DNA of 64,000 nucleotides, taken from the NCBI GenBank assembly GCA_965371515.1, contig CBDUYR010000006.1:13977-77976 (forward strand), in the 5' to 3' direction. Shown here in pieces: positions 49,447-59,019 of the stretch. The stretch comes from an uncultured bacterium. Its GTDB lineage: Bacteria > Krumholzibacteriota > Krumholzibacteriia > Krumholzibacteriales > Krumholzibacteriaceae. Both the position numbers and the translations under genes were made by a program. The notes below the pieces were generated by a model. That model had not been told where the DNA came from. It saw only the letters and a list, made by a program, of their open reading frames with translations, and made no database searches. Position 1 is the first letter of the stretch. Each line of letters starts with the position of its first letter.

Positions 49447-50265
49447 TCAGAGCCCGTCGAAATCGGCTCCCCTGATCACCCTGCCCGCTCCGAGTCTCAC
49501 GTAGCGGTCGCCGTAACGTTCCATAAAATACTCGATGCTCTCGTCGCCGGTGCAGTGCGAGGCACCGCAGTACCTGACCCCGTTCTTCTCGAACACGGAG
49601 ACTATTTCGTCCAATCTCGTCTTCTCCGCACCTCGCAGATGGAACCCTCCCATAACAAACAGGGCATTCTCTCCCGTCACATCAACGGCCTTTTCCATGA
49701 TCCTGTCTATTCCCGGATGGGCGCATCCGGCGATGACAACGGCACCGCTATCTGTGACAAGCGCGAGTGACTGTTCCCTTACGGGGCCGGCCATATCGCC
49801 GGTCGAGTACACGCCGGGAATGATCTCCACCGAACCCTTCACCTCTATGAGGCCGGAACATTTTCCCTTCACGCCCTCCTTGAACTCCTTCGAGAACGAT
49901 GCGGGGATGTATACTTCCACTTCGGGGTTCTTCTCGAGGAATGCATCGAGGCCGCCGATGTGATCCCAGTGCTCGTGCGAGATCACGACGATTTCTATAT
50001 CGGACGGTGAAATGCCGGCCTCCGCGAGATTATTCATGAAAACGTCGCCCTTGCCGCCAGTATCGAAGAGGATCGTCTTCCCTCCTCCCTCGACCACGCA
50101 GGAGAATCCCCACTGTGCCTCGAATCCCTCTTCAGGATCGGCATTGTCGTAGATTATCCGTATAGACAGCTTGTCGAGCGGCAGCATGTTCTCTCCCTCC
50201 GTCCCGCCGGCCCCACCGGCAGACCAGGCTGCCAGAAGCGCCGCGGCGGCGATGACCCGGACCAT
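49447..50265 (-). CDS. Metallo-beta-lactamase-fold hydrolase
   Basis: ILFDTG, SHEHWDHIGG, GCAHPG, GGFHL, HCTG. Start is either 50265 (signal-peptide-like) or an internal ATG near 50187 with a strong RBS. Confidence 0.9.
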   Translation of the reverse strand: MVRVIAAAALLAAWSAGGAGGTEGENMLPLDKLSIRIIYDNADPEEGFEAQWGFSCVVEGGGKTILFDTGGKGDVFMNNLAEAGISPSDIEIVVISHEHWDHIGGLDAFLEKNPEVEVYIPASFSKEFKEGVKGKCSGLIEVKGSVEIIPGVYSTGDMAGPVREQSLALVTDSGAVVIAGCAHPGIDRIMEKAVDVTGENALFVMGGFHLRGAEKTRLDEIVSVFEKNGVRYCGASHCTGDESIEYFMERYGDRYVRLGAGRVIRGADFDGL

Positions 50266-50526
50266 TGTGCGCTTTTTAATCAGGCGACCTCCCGCCGGTA
50301 TTACTGCATATGTGAAAAGGAAACGGCCGCCAGGCCGTCCCACTCACAATACTACACGGCGAAGAATAATTCCCGGTTATTTTGACGGATTCAACCGTAT
50401 TAATGAGGGCGCTCGCAGACTCTACGAGCATTCAATGGCATCGAGGTTCTAACGAGCTCATTCGTATACTCCTGGATCCTCGTTGCTGTCCTTGCGCGTG
50501 ACGGAAAGGCAAGTGCAGACAAGACC

Positions 50527-50587
50527 GTCTGACAACGGCTTGCAGTTGACGGCGCGTCGCGCTGCAGCTGATGCTGAAACGCTCGCC
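50527..50587 (+). other. Degenerate integron attC-like site
   Basis: GTCTGAC-AACGG-CTTGCAGTTGACGGCGCG-T-CGCGCTGCAGCTGATG-CTGAAAC-GCTCGCC: 61 bp with an attC-like layout, both core boxes off-consensus. Confidence 0.5.
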
Positions 50588-50618
50588 CTGGACGTATGAC
50601 ATCCATGTACCACAAGCT

Positions 50619-52031
50619 TTACTCGTCGAACGCCGAGCGCATCGGGTCCCATGCAGGGATCCTCTCCGGCTCGGTGTCGAGGAGCTTCAGGGTCTTCTTG
50701 GGGACATGGCGCTTGTGCACGATGACAGTGTAGACATACCTGTCGAACCAGTCGTCGTACATCGCCCAGTACCCCTTGTCGCCGTTTTTCGTTCCCCACG
50801 AGTTCTCGACGAGCCACTTGACCGGCTTGTCGTCCTTACGGTCGATACCGACGAATACCATCGCGTGGTTCGGGGTGGAGTGCCTGTAGGTGACCATCTG
50901 CTCCTTCGTGAGCTCACGTTCAAAGCCGAAGAGTCCATCATAGTCGTAGATCCCGACCTTGAGGATACCCTTTTCACCGTAGTTCTCCTTGCCGATATCG
51001 GCGGCGAACCAGACCGGCTCTCCGTCGAGAACGGCACGCTCAGCGAGCTCCTTCATTTCATTTACGCCGAGGTTGAGGAATCCCATGTCCTCCTCGTCGC
51101 TGAAGTTCCTGCAGAAATTCAGACGATAGAACTTCCCGTACTCGTACGCCGGGTGGTCCATGACGGTCACGTAATCGCCGAGATCCACGCCCACCGCGTC
51201 CTTGTAGAACGATTTCGGCGTGAACTCCTCCTCGATGATCTCGTCGTCCTTGTTCTTCACCCTCCACACGAAATGCTCGGGCGGGACGCCGAAGTGCAGG
51301 GCCAGTATCCGGTATACGTCTGCGAGCATATCCTTCTTCGCAGCGCGGAGTTCCTCTGCCGAGACGCCTGCGGCCGCCATCTCGCGCAGTGCTGCCGCGT
51401 CATGTCGCATCATTCCGCCCAGGATGCCGTTTATCCTTCGGGTGGCGCTGCTGTGCTTCGTCTCCGTGCTGACCGACTGGGGAACGGCGCCGTACTTGTC
51501 GATGAGGGCCACGACATAATTCCACCAGCCGCCGTCGGGCACGGGATCCTTCAGTATCGCCTGGAGCTCGCGGTCGTCTATGTCGCGGTCGGTTGTTTCT
51601 ATTATCGTTTCGAGGAACATGTTCGCCTTTTCGAGCTTGTCCCAGAAGAAGAGGTGGTTCTCGGAGAACTCGAACTCGGAGATGTTGTATTTCTTCATAA
51701 CGGCTGGACGCATCACGTTGAATCCCGCGAAGAGCCAGCAGCGGCCGGTGCTCTTCTGGTTGGTGATACCCTCGGCATCCACCTTGAACGTGTATATGTC
51801 GTCGTGTTTGTTGATCATCTCCCTGTCGAGCGCGAGATCCTTCAGGTCGTTGTTGGATATCGCGTTCATCATGGCGCGATCTTTTCCGTCCGGATCGAAC
51901 GATTTCTGCAGCTCCGCAATCAGTCCATTGTCCAACTCTCCCTTTTTACCGGCACTGGCGCCCGAAGCAAAAAACGAGAGAGCCATGACGAGGACGAGCA
52001 ATGCCGCGATGCGGGTCCTGGTCGTCAGCAT
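50619..52031 (-). CDS. pepC: Aminopeptidase C / bleomycin hydrolase (C1B) with a signal peptide
   Basis: NQKSTGRCWLFA, FWDKLEKAN, PNHAM, VENSWG, WDPM. Confidence 0.95.
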   Translation of the reverse strand: MLTTRTRIAALLVLVMALSFFASGASAGKKGELDNGLIAELQKSFDPDGKDRAMMNAISNNDLKDLALDREMINKHDDIYTFKVDAEGITNQKSTGRCWLFAGFNVMRPAVMKKYNISEFEFSENHLFFWDKLEKANMFLETIIETTDRDIDDRELQAILKDPVPDGGWWNYVVALIDKYGAVPQSVSTETKHSSATRRINGILGGMMRHDAAALREMAAAGVSAEELRAAKKDMLADVYRILALHFGVPPEHFVWRVKNKDDEIIEEEFTPKSFYKDAVGVDLGDYVTVMDHPAYEYGKFYRLNFCRNFSDEEDMGFLNLGVNEMKELAERAVLDGEPVWFAADIGKENYGEKGILKVGIYDYDGLFGFERELTKEQMVTYRHSTPNHAMVFVGIDRKDDKPVKWLVENSWGTKNGDKGYWAMYDDWFDRYVYTVIVHKRHVPKKTLKLLDTEPERIPAWDPMRSAFDE

Positions 52032-52068
52032 AAGGCTCCTTTCGATGAACCGGATGATCGTGTCGTAT

Positions 52069-52899
52069 CTATTCCTGAAGGACGAGCTCGCCGCCCCACG
52101 CCGGGATCCAGCACCTCGCCCCGTCTTCCAGCTCAATATACCACCAGTCGGGTCTCCGCTCGAGCAGACCGAACTCGGTCCCCGAATAGAGCGGAGCGGT
52201 GAAAGACGGCTGGTAAGTCTCGGCATCGCCCTTCCTGGCGACGACCTCCGGGGCCGTGACGATGCCTGCCGGGTTTCTCGTCAGTGATACTTTCTCCCAG
52301 ATGAGCGATATCAGAAAGACGACGCATACGACAGCCAGCGATATGATCATAGTCCTCATCAATCCGCGCTGGCGGAATACGGCGATGATCGCCGCGCCCC
52401 ACAGCAACACGAAGGCACCGAGGAATATCCCGAACCTCACCCTTGTCGGTACGTCGTAGTGGAGGAAAAAGAGCGTCTTGAAGACCCGGTCGCGCTGCTG
52501 GGCCTCGACCCGGTTGATCCGCCTGCTTCTCGCGAACTGTAAATTTTGCTTGAGGTTGGGATCGGCTGGATTATAGAGCTCCGATCGCTTGTAGTTCAGT
52601 ATCGCCCGGCCCATGTCGTCGAGCCTGAACCAGGCGTTCCCGATGTTGTAGTAGAGCTTTCCGTTGTGCACACCGGAGGCTGTGAGGCGCTCGTAGTGGA
52701 GTATCGCCTTCCGGTAATAGTCCCTGGCCGCTTCGGGATCGGTCATGTCGAGCTCGATCGCCCTGCCGAAAGCCTCTTCGGCGGAGGCGAGATGCTCCTC
52801 AGTCATCGAGGCGGACAATATCTCCTGCGATGCCGCCGGCAAGGCGAGCATTATCAATGTGACAAACAATGTTGTCCTTATGCCGACATTGCCGATCAA
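52069..52899 (-). CDS. batE: BatE-like TPR-TM-SH3 protein
   Basis: LYYNIGNAWFR...GRAILNYKR, two TM helices, C-terminal SH3-like WWYIELEDGARCWIP. Confidence 0.85.
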   Translation of the reverse strand: MIGNVGIRTTLFVTLIMLALPAASQEILSASMTEEHLASAEEAFGRAIELDMTDPEAARDYYRKAILHYERLTASGVHNGKLYYNIGNAWFRLDDMGRAILNYKRSELYNPADPNLKQNLQFARSRRINRVEAQQRDRVFKTLFFLHYDVPTRVRFGIFLGAFVLLWGAAIIAVFRQRGLMRTMIISLAVVCVVFLISLIWEKVSLTRNPAGIVTAPEVVARKGDAETYQPSFTAPLYSGTEFGLLERRPDWWYIELEDGARCWIPAWGGELVLQE

Positions 52900-54761
52900 A
52901 GCACCCTGTCCAGTTTCCGGGCCATCTCCCTGGCCCTGTCGACGAGTCTCTCCCTGCCATCTACTGCGGACCCGCCCGCATAGGCACCGTACTCGCAGCT
53001 CGAAAGCAGATCTTTCACCTCGTCCGAGAACTCTCCGTCTATCCCGCGCTCCGAAAGGAGCCTTTCTATTTCATTTGTTGTCAACGACCTGCCCGCGATC
53101 CGCAGCTTGTCGCCGAGATACATCTTGAACGAATCCATCACCCCGCTGCAGAAGGTCTCGTCGCTGTCAGCGGCTGAAAGCCCGGCCAGCCTGCCGCGCA
53201 GTTTGCGCAGAGCACTCCGCGACTTCGCCGCATCCGGGTCGGCCGATCTCTTCCTCGAAACGGTTACGACACCGAGGACAAGCAACCACGCAAGGGGCGG
53301 TACGACGAGCATGAGCTTCACCCTCGCCTCGGAAAGTATCGAATCGAGTCCGAAATCCTGTGCCTCGATCACTCCAGTACCTTCGTAGTTGTACGCGATA
53401 CCGGCCTTCCACTTCTCGAGCGGCGTCCCGCGGTCAACGCTGTCTATCCCCTCAGCGTCGCCGGCCGTTACTATCCTCGTCTTCCTTACAGCGACGGGGA
53501 TCGGATCCGAAACGGCGGTCACATACTCTTCCTTCGCCGTATCAAAATAGACGAGGCTTATCTGCGGGATCCTCTCGACCTGGTCGTTCTTCGCACGGAT
53601 CGTCTGCGTGAATACCTTGCGCCTGCCCTCGATCCTTCCCGGCGCCCTCTCGTCGGGGATCTTGAAGTTCTCAGCGAGTTCCTCCTGGCCGGCGAGCGAC
53701 GGCAGATCGACGAGGCCGAGATAATCGGGCCCTTCGAGGATTACGTTGAGCGTTATCGGATCGCCGATATTTACTTCTACCGGCTCGGCGGTAGCGGAGA
53801 TCCTGTACTCCCCCACGTGCCCGGCGAACCCGGCAGGCCTGCCCTCTACGGGCAGCGCCCTTACGCCGAGGCTAAGCGCGTTGGACGGTACTACATACTT
53901 TCGCAGGCTTCCCTTCCATCTGCCGAGGACATCGTCCCCGAAAAAATCGTTGATGAAGTCGCGGCGATTCCTCATGCCGGTGCCCGACTCGCAGGCAACG
54001 ATAACCTCGGGGATGACGAATGTGCCCGGGCGCCCGGGGATCACGGCGATGCTGAACTCGAGCGTGGCGTAGCTCTCCCCGTCGAGCATTCCCTTTCCCT
54101 TCTCGGCGATCACCTCCCGGCCGGCGAGCGGTATGCGGTAGTACTTCTTTGCGGGATCTATCTTCACCTCGGGAGCCTCGAACGAGAAAGCGTCGCTGGA
54201 GAGAAGGGGCGCGGTGAACTCGAATGCCTGTACGTCGCGGCGCAGGTACCAGGTGACGGTCAGCAAAACAGGCTCGCCGACGAAGCATGTCTCCCGCGAC
54301 AGCCTGATCCTCAGTTTGAAGTCTTCCGTCTCCTCGGGACGTTTGACCGAGATGGTGATCGGGCCGGTACGAAAGGTCGTCCCCTCTACCTTGACGTCGA
54401 TCGACGGGATCGTCAGCCTCCCCGCCCTCTGGGGCGTGAGTTTGTAGGTGAAGACGAAACCCTTCTGGACGTTCCTCTCGACGCGGCCGTTGATTATCGA
54501 GATCGACTGGCTCGAGTTGTTCGAACCTCCCCTGTACTCTATGGCGAATCCCTCGATCACTGTCATGTCGGGAGCCTCAACCTTGTCCGAACCGTCAACG
54601 GATATCTGCATGAGAAACGACTCGCCGACATAGACGTCGCGTGACTCGACATTGGCGATCACCCTGATGTCTTCGGCCGCACGCGCGGCGGCGGGGCACA
54701 CGGCGGCAAGGATCATCGCCACCGCAAGCCCGGCAGATATTGTTATGCGTCTTACAACCAT
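52896..54761 (-). CDS. batD: BatD-family protein
   Basis: Signal peptide, SISIING, YKLTPQRAGRLTIP, VGEP, C-terminal TM. Confidence 0.88.
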   Translation of the reverse strand: MVVRRITISAGLAVAMILAAVCPAAARAAEDIRVIANVESRDVYVGESFLMQISVDGSDKVEAPDMTVIEGFAIEYRGGSNNSSQSISIINGRVERNVQKGFVFTYKLTPQRAGRLTIPSIDVKVEGTTFRTGPITISVKRPEETEDFKLRIRLSRETCFVGEPVLLTVTWYLRRDVQAFEFTAPLLSSDAFSFEAPEVKIDPAKKYYRIPLAGREVIAEKGKGMLDGESYATLEFSIAVIPGRPGTFVIPEVIVACESGTGMRNRRDFINDFFGDDVLGRWKGSLRKYVVPSNALSLGVRALPVEGRPAGFAGHVGEYRISATAEPVEVNIGDPITLNVILEGPDYLGLVDLPSLAGQEELAENFKIPDERAPGRIEGRRKVFTQTIRAKNDQVERIPQISLVYFDTAKEEYVTAVSDPIPVAVRKTRIVTAGDAEGIDSVDRGTPLEKWKAGIAYNYEGTGVIEAQDFGLDSILSEARVKLMLVVPPLAWLLVLGVVTVSRKRSADPDAAKSRSALRKLRGRLAGLSAADSDETFCSGVMDSFKMYLGDKLRIAGRSLTTNEIERLLSERGIDGEFSDEVKDLLSSCEYGAYAGGSAVDGRERLVDRAREMARKLDRVL

Positions 54762-54830
54762 TTTTATTCTCGCGTTAAATCTATATCATACCGTGGATAC
54801 GGATAAACTCTATTTCCTGTTTCGGCAGGG

Positions 54831-55943
54831 CTACCAGTCCTTGTCGACCTTGCGATAACCGCTCGCCGCCTGTTTTCTCTTCTCGCGGTTCTTCTTTTCC
54901 TCTTCGAGGATATCCTTCGCGGTCTCGCTGCGCGCCTGCTGTTCTTTCTGCTGCTGTTGCTGCTCCTCCTGCGGTTCCTGCTGCTGTTGCTGCTGGTCCT
55001 GCTGCCCCTGCTGCTGTTGGTCCTGGTTCTGCCCGTCCCCCTCTGTCAGCTTCTCGAGGGCCTTCCGCATCTGTTCGAGGGAGCTCTGCTGATCGCCTGC
55101 GGCCGCATCCGGCCTGTGTCCCTCCAGGTCATTGAGGGCACCTTCCTGGTCGACGAGCGAGGAGTCGAGATGCGAGAGCGCCTGAACAACCTGCTCTGGC
55201 TGCTGGTCCTTGAAGAGATCTGTCAGCATGCCGCTGACCTCCCCCGTCGAACCGGCGATCGACGTCTGATCGTCCCGTTCTCCGTCGACCTTCCCGTTCC
55301 AGGCTGGCATGCCCTTCTCCCGCGAGCCGGAGAGGTCGAGCGACCTGCCTAGAGCGGCATCCTGCCGCTTCATCACGGCCTGGAGCGAGTCGACCACCTC
55401 CCTGAGTTTCTCCTGCTGCTCCTTCATCTGCTCCTGCTGTTTCTTGATCGCATCGAGCAGGTCCTTGATGACAAGCCGCGCTACCTCGAGGTTATGCGCC
55501 GCGTCGGGCATCTCCGGCTCCTTCTCGAGGGAGGCCGAGTAGTACTCGACGCTCTCCTTGAAGAACTCGAGCGCCTTCTCGAGGTCGCTGTCGGCCTGGC
55601 GCTGCCCCTGCCTGAACGCGCAATTCCCGATGTTGTACAGTGCCTGCGCCTCGAGTGAGAGATCGCGCGACTTCAGCGCCGCCTCCTCGAAACGGCCGCG
55701 CGCCGCTGCGAAATCGCCCCTCATATACTCTACGTTGCCTAGGTTGAACTCGACGATCGGCGACTCGGGGATCTTTACCGAGGCAAGCTCGTAGTACTCG
55801 GCTGCCCCGTCGAGATCGCCCCTGTCGAAGCTGTCGTTTCCCCGCCTGACGAGCCTTCCCGCAGAGTCGGCCAGGACGGGGGTCGATGCGGCAAGCATGA
55901 CGAGCGCGAGGAGCGCCCGGCATATGGTCGGGAAACGTCTCAT
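54831..55943 (-). CDS. batC: BatC-like TPR protein with a Gln-rich tail
   Basis: FNLGN and YNIGN TPRs, AAHNLE, poly-Gln linker, terminal VDKDW. Confidence 0.85.
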   Translation of the reverse strand: MRRFPTICRALLALVMLAASTPVLADSAGRLVRRGNDSFDRGDLDGAAEYYELASVKIPESPIVEFNLGNVEYMRGDFAAARGRFEEAALKSRDLSLEAQALYNIGNCAFRQGQRQADSDLEKALEFFKESVEYYSASLEKEPEMPDAAHNLEVARLVIKDLLDAIKKQQEQMKEQQEKLREVVDSLQAVMKRQDAALGRSLDLSGSREKGMPAWNGKVDGERDDQTSIAGSTGEVSGMLTDLFKDQQPEQVVQALSHLDSSLVDQEGALNDLEGHRPDAAAGDQQSSLEQMRKALEKLTEGDGQNQDQQQQGQQDQQQQQQEPQEEQQQQQKEQQARSETAKDILEEEKKNREKRKQAASGYRKVDKDW

Positions 55944-56953
55944 TCCGTTTTCCGCCTCCTCTCGCTCACCAGCATCTCGACCGCCAGAAAGAAGACGGCA
56001 AAGGCGAGGAATATCTGGAATTTCTCCTCGTACAGACTGATCGTCTTCGATTCTATCTCGCGTTTCTCCTCGCCTGCGATCAGCTTGAGATATACGTCGC
56101 CGAGATCGATCGTACCGGTCGACACGTTGAGATACCTGCCGCCCGGAGTCTTGTTGGCCATCTTTCTCAACGTGGCTGCATCGAGCCGGCTCCAGACCTC
56201 CTGCCCCTTGTATTTGAGGAATGTCATCCTGCCATTCTTGTCTGTGACGGGGATCCGCTTGCCCTGGTCTTCGTCACCGAGCCCGATGGCGATTATTCTC
56301 ACGCCGCGCCTTCCGGCCTCTTCGGCCGCCTCGACGGGGAACGAGTCGTGATCCTCGCCGTCGGTGATGAGTATCATGTCCTTGTACTTCTTTTCCTGGT
56401 CGTCGAACGCCTCATCGAGAACCTTGCGGATCGCGTCTCCTATCATCGTGCCGCCCCTGCTCACGCTGTTCGTGTCGACGTCATCGAGCATCAGCTTGAA
56501 GAACCCGTAGTCGAGGGTCAGGGGGCATTTGAGAACGGCGGAGCCCGCGAATACGACGAGCGCGACACGGTCGCCCTCGAGACTGTCTATCATGTCCATT
56601 ATCGAGTACTTCGCCTTGCCGAGCCTGCTCGGCACGAGATCCTCGGCAACCATCGACTGCGAGACGTCGAGAACGAAGACGATGTCGCGGCCACGCCTCT
56701 GCACCGTCCTCGGTTTCGGGTTCCACGCCGGACGGGCCAGCGCAACGATCAGAAACGCCAGGGCGGCTATGACGAGGGCCGCCTTGACCCTCCTGCCCGC
56801 CTGGTTGACCGACATCGAGATCTTCTCGAGGATCTCTTCCTCTATGAAGAGGAGCGTAGCCTTCTTTCTCCGCCACGCCGAGTAGACGTACAGCATCACC
56901 ACCGCGGGGAGCAGCCAGAGAAGGAGGAGCATATTGACGTTTCCGAGATGCAT
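55940..56953 (-). CDS. batB: BatB-like VWA-domain protein
   Basis: ALARP, MIDAS DVSQSM, CPLTLDY, ITDGEDH. Confidence 0.9.
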   Translation of the reverse strand: MHLGNVNMLLLLWLLPAVVMLYVYSAWRRKKATLLFIEEEILEKISMSVNQAGRRVKAALVIAALAFLIVALARPAWNPKPRTVQRRGRDIVFVLDVSQSMVAEDLVPSRLGKAKYSIMDMIDSLEGDRVALVVFAGSAVLKCPLTLDYGFFKLMLDDVDTNSVSRGGTMIGDAIRKVLDEAFDDQEKKYKDMILITDGEDHDSFPVEAAEEAGRRGVRIIAIGLGDEDQGKRIPVTDKNGRMTFLKYKGQEVWSRLDAATLRKMANKTPGGRYLNVSTGTIDLGDVYLKLIAGEEKREIESKTISLYEEKFQIFLAFAVFFLAVEMLVSERRRKTE

Positions 56954-58015
56954 CTACGGGATCCTCCTGAAGATTGTCGCCGACAGGAATAACTCGAGCA
57001 TCACCAGGCAGAGCGCAACGAGAGCGAAGGGCACAAATAGCTCGCGGTAGTCGATGTATCGGATCGACTCGACGTCGCTCTTCTCGAGCCTGTCGATCTC
57101 GGCATATATCTCCCTGAGCGACTCGTCGTTGTCAGCCATCCTGAATATCCCGCCCGTCATCTCCGCCGCCGATTGAAGCGGCCTCGTGTCGACCCTTGTT
57201 CCTGTCGGAACCTTGAAATTGCCGAAGAGCGTCTTTACCGTGCTGACCCCGTCCCTTCCCCCGACGCCGATCGTGTATACCTTGATGCCCCAGTCGGCTG
57301 CCAGTCCGGCGGCCTGTTCGGGCGTCCTCTTTCCATAGTTGTTCTGGCCGTCAGTGAGCAGGATGATCATCTTGCTCTTTATCTCGTATTCCTTCTCTCC
57401 CGAATCGGAGGCGAATCGCGCGAGGTCCTCCTCGGCGGTGCGCAGCCTCGCCGCGGCGAGTGCCAGTGCGTCGCCGATCGCCGTTCCGTCCTCGCTCCTG
57501 CGCGTCACGATCTTCACCTGGTCAAGAAAACGCAGCAGCGCCCCATGCCCGAGTGTCAGCGGCGCCATCGTGTCGGCGTACCTCGCGAATGCCACCATCC
57601 CCACGAGATCGTTCGGGCGGCCTTCGAGGGTCTCGCCGTTCCCCATGATAAACTCTTCGAAGACTTTCTTGACAACCGCCAGCCTGTCGAGCCTGGCGCC
57701 GCGGTACTCCATCTCGGCCGACATCGAGCTCGACCGGTCGACGACCATCTGGATGGCGACACCCTTCGTGACTTCCCTGACCTTCTCCCTTCCCATCTGC
57801 GGCCTCGCGAGCGCGAGGACAAGAAGGATCATCGCCGCCGTCCTCAGTGCGAGCGGCAGCAGCGCCATGGTCTGCCTCAGAGAGCGCCCCGCACCGCGCG
57901 CGTGGCCGATCGAGGAAAACCTGATGCTTCCCGGCCCCTTCCTCTTCGAGAGGTAGAAGAGGATCAGCGGGATCGCGGCCAGCGCGAGAAAGGCCCATGG
58001 GGACTCAAACCTCAC
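56954..58015 (-). CDS. batA: BatA-like VWA-domain protein
   Basis: LARPQ, DRSSSM, DGTAIGDAL, LLTDGQNN, IYAEIDRLEK. Confidence 0.92.
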   Translation of the reverse strand: MRFESPWAFLALAAIPLILFYLSKRKGPGSIRFSSIGHARGAGRSLRQTMALLPLALRTAAMILLVLALARPQMGREKVREVTKGVAIQMVVDRSSSMSAEMEYRGARLDRLAVVKKVFEEFIMGNGETLEGRPNDLVGMVAFARYADTMAPLTLGHGALLRFLDQVKIVTRRSEDGTAIGDALALAAARLRTAEEDLARFASDSGEKEYEIKSKMIILLTDGQNNYGKRTPEQAAGLAADWGIKVYTIGVGGRDGVSTVKTLFGNFKVPTGTRVDTRPLQSAAEMTGGIFRMADNDESLREIYAEIDRLEKSDVESIRYIDYRELFVPFALVALCLVMLELFLSATIFRRIP

Positions 58016-59006
58016 CGGACACCTCCTTCCGCTTCGTCGCGTCGATGAAGTCCCTGCATGTCTCGAAGGTTTTCTTCACGTCCTCGGCGGTCGGCTCGAG
58101 CGCAGCGAACTTGACCAGGTCGCAGTGCACGAGGAACCGCTCGAGGATCGATTTTTTCTCTGTGTCGACGTCGAGCCCATCGCCCGCTTCGGCGAGGAAC
58201 TCCTCCGTCGTCCTCTCGGGCGCCCTCAGCCCGAACCTGTCCTCTATGTACAGGCGCAGGATGTCAGAGACCCTCGCAGTGAACTCGGCGTATCTCTTCT
58301 CCTCCATGAGGCCCTCTGCGAGCAACTTATCGAGGAGCGCGAACGCCTTCTCGTGGGCCGGGACCGCCCTCGCCGCAACTTCCTGCATTCTCCTGGAACG
58401 CCTCCAGAGCAGAAATGTCAGCGCCGAGGCTACAGCCAGAATGGCTGCGCCGATCAGCAGCGCCTTCCGGTAGTCTGAAGGAAGGTCGGCAGGACCCGTT
58501 ATCTCCCTTATCTCGAGCTCCGCCTGGTCCGCCGGGAGGATCGAGGTCACCATTACCCTGATAGTGTCTGACTCGAGCTGATGCAGGGTCGTGTCGCCTT
58601 CCTCGTGGAAGGTCACCGTCATGGGAGGTATGACATACTCGCCCGAGAGAAAGGGCTCGAGCTCATACGTCCTGCTCGTGACGACCGTCCCGTCGCCGAC
58701 GAGGCGCGGAGGGCTGCTCCTGTAATCGACTATGCCGAACTCGTGGAGCTTGTCGCCGAAACGCGGTAGCTCTGTCACGTACCCCTCGCGGGCGCGCGTC
58801 TCGATGAGCAGATCGACGCGGTCGGCGATGGTCAGCTCCCTTCGGCTGACAGCGATGCGCAGGTCGACCGGGCCGCGCCTGAAGTCGCGGTCGATCTCCC
58901 ACGTTTTCTCAGGAGCGGTAGCATCCTCGCCGCCGCAGGAGAAAACACCAGCCGCTGAAAGAACGGCGAGGGTAATGAGTGTATATCGTTTCTGGATCGT
59001 GGTCAT
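58005..59006 (-). CDS. Bat-operon membrane protein (lipoprotein-like N-terminus, one TM, helical C-domain)
   Basis: VFSC lipobox, PAHEKA, ILRLYIEDRF, APERTTEE, DLVKFA. Confidence 0.8.
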   Translation of the reverse strand: MTTIQKRYTLITLAVLSAAGVFSCGGEDATAPEKTWEIDRDFRRGPVDLRIAVSRRELTIADRVDLLIETRAREGYVTELPRFGDKLHEFGIVDYRSSPPRLVGDGTVVTSRTYELEPFLSGEYVIPPMTVTFHEEGDTTLHQLESDTIRVMVTSILPADQAELEIREITGPADLPSDYRKALLIGAAILAVASALTFLLWRRSRRMQEVAARAVPAHEKAFALLDKLLAEGLMEEKRYAEFTARVSDILRLYIEDRFGLRAPERTTEEFLAEAGDGLDVDTEKKSILERFLVHCDLVKFAALEPTAEDVKKTFETCRDFIDATKRKEVSGEV

Positions 59007-59019
59007 ATCAATCCGTTAC

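Noticed and set aside
54945..55030. CTG/TTG triplet repeats
   Set aside because: Encode the ordinary Gln-rich linker of BatC-like proteins; not an array or contingency locus.
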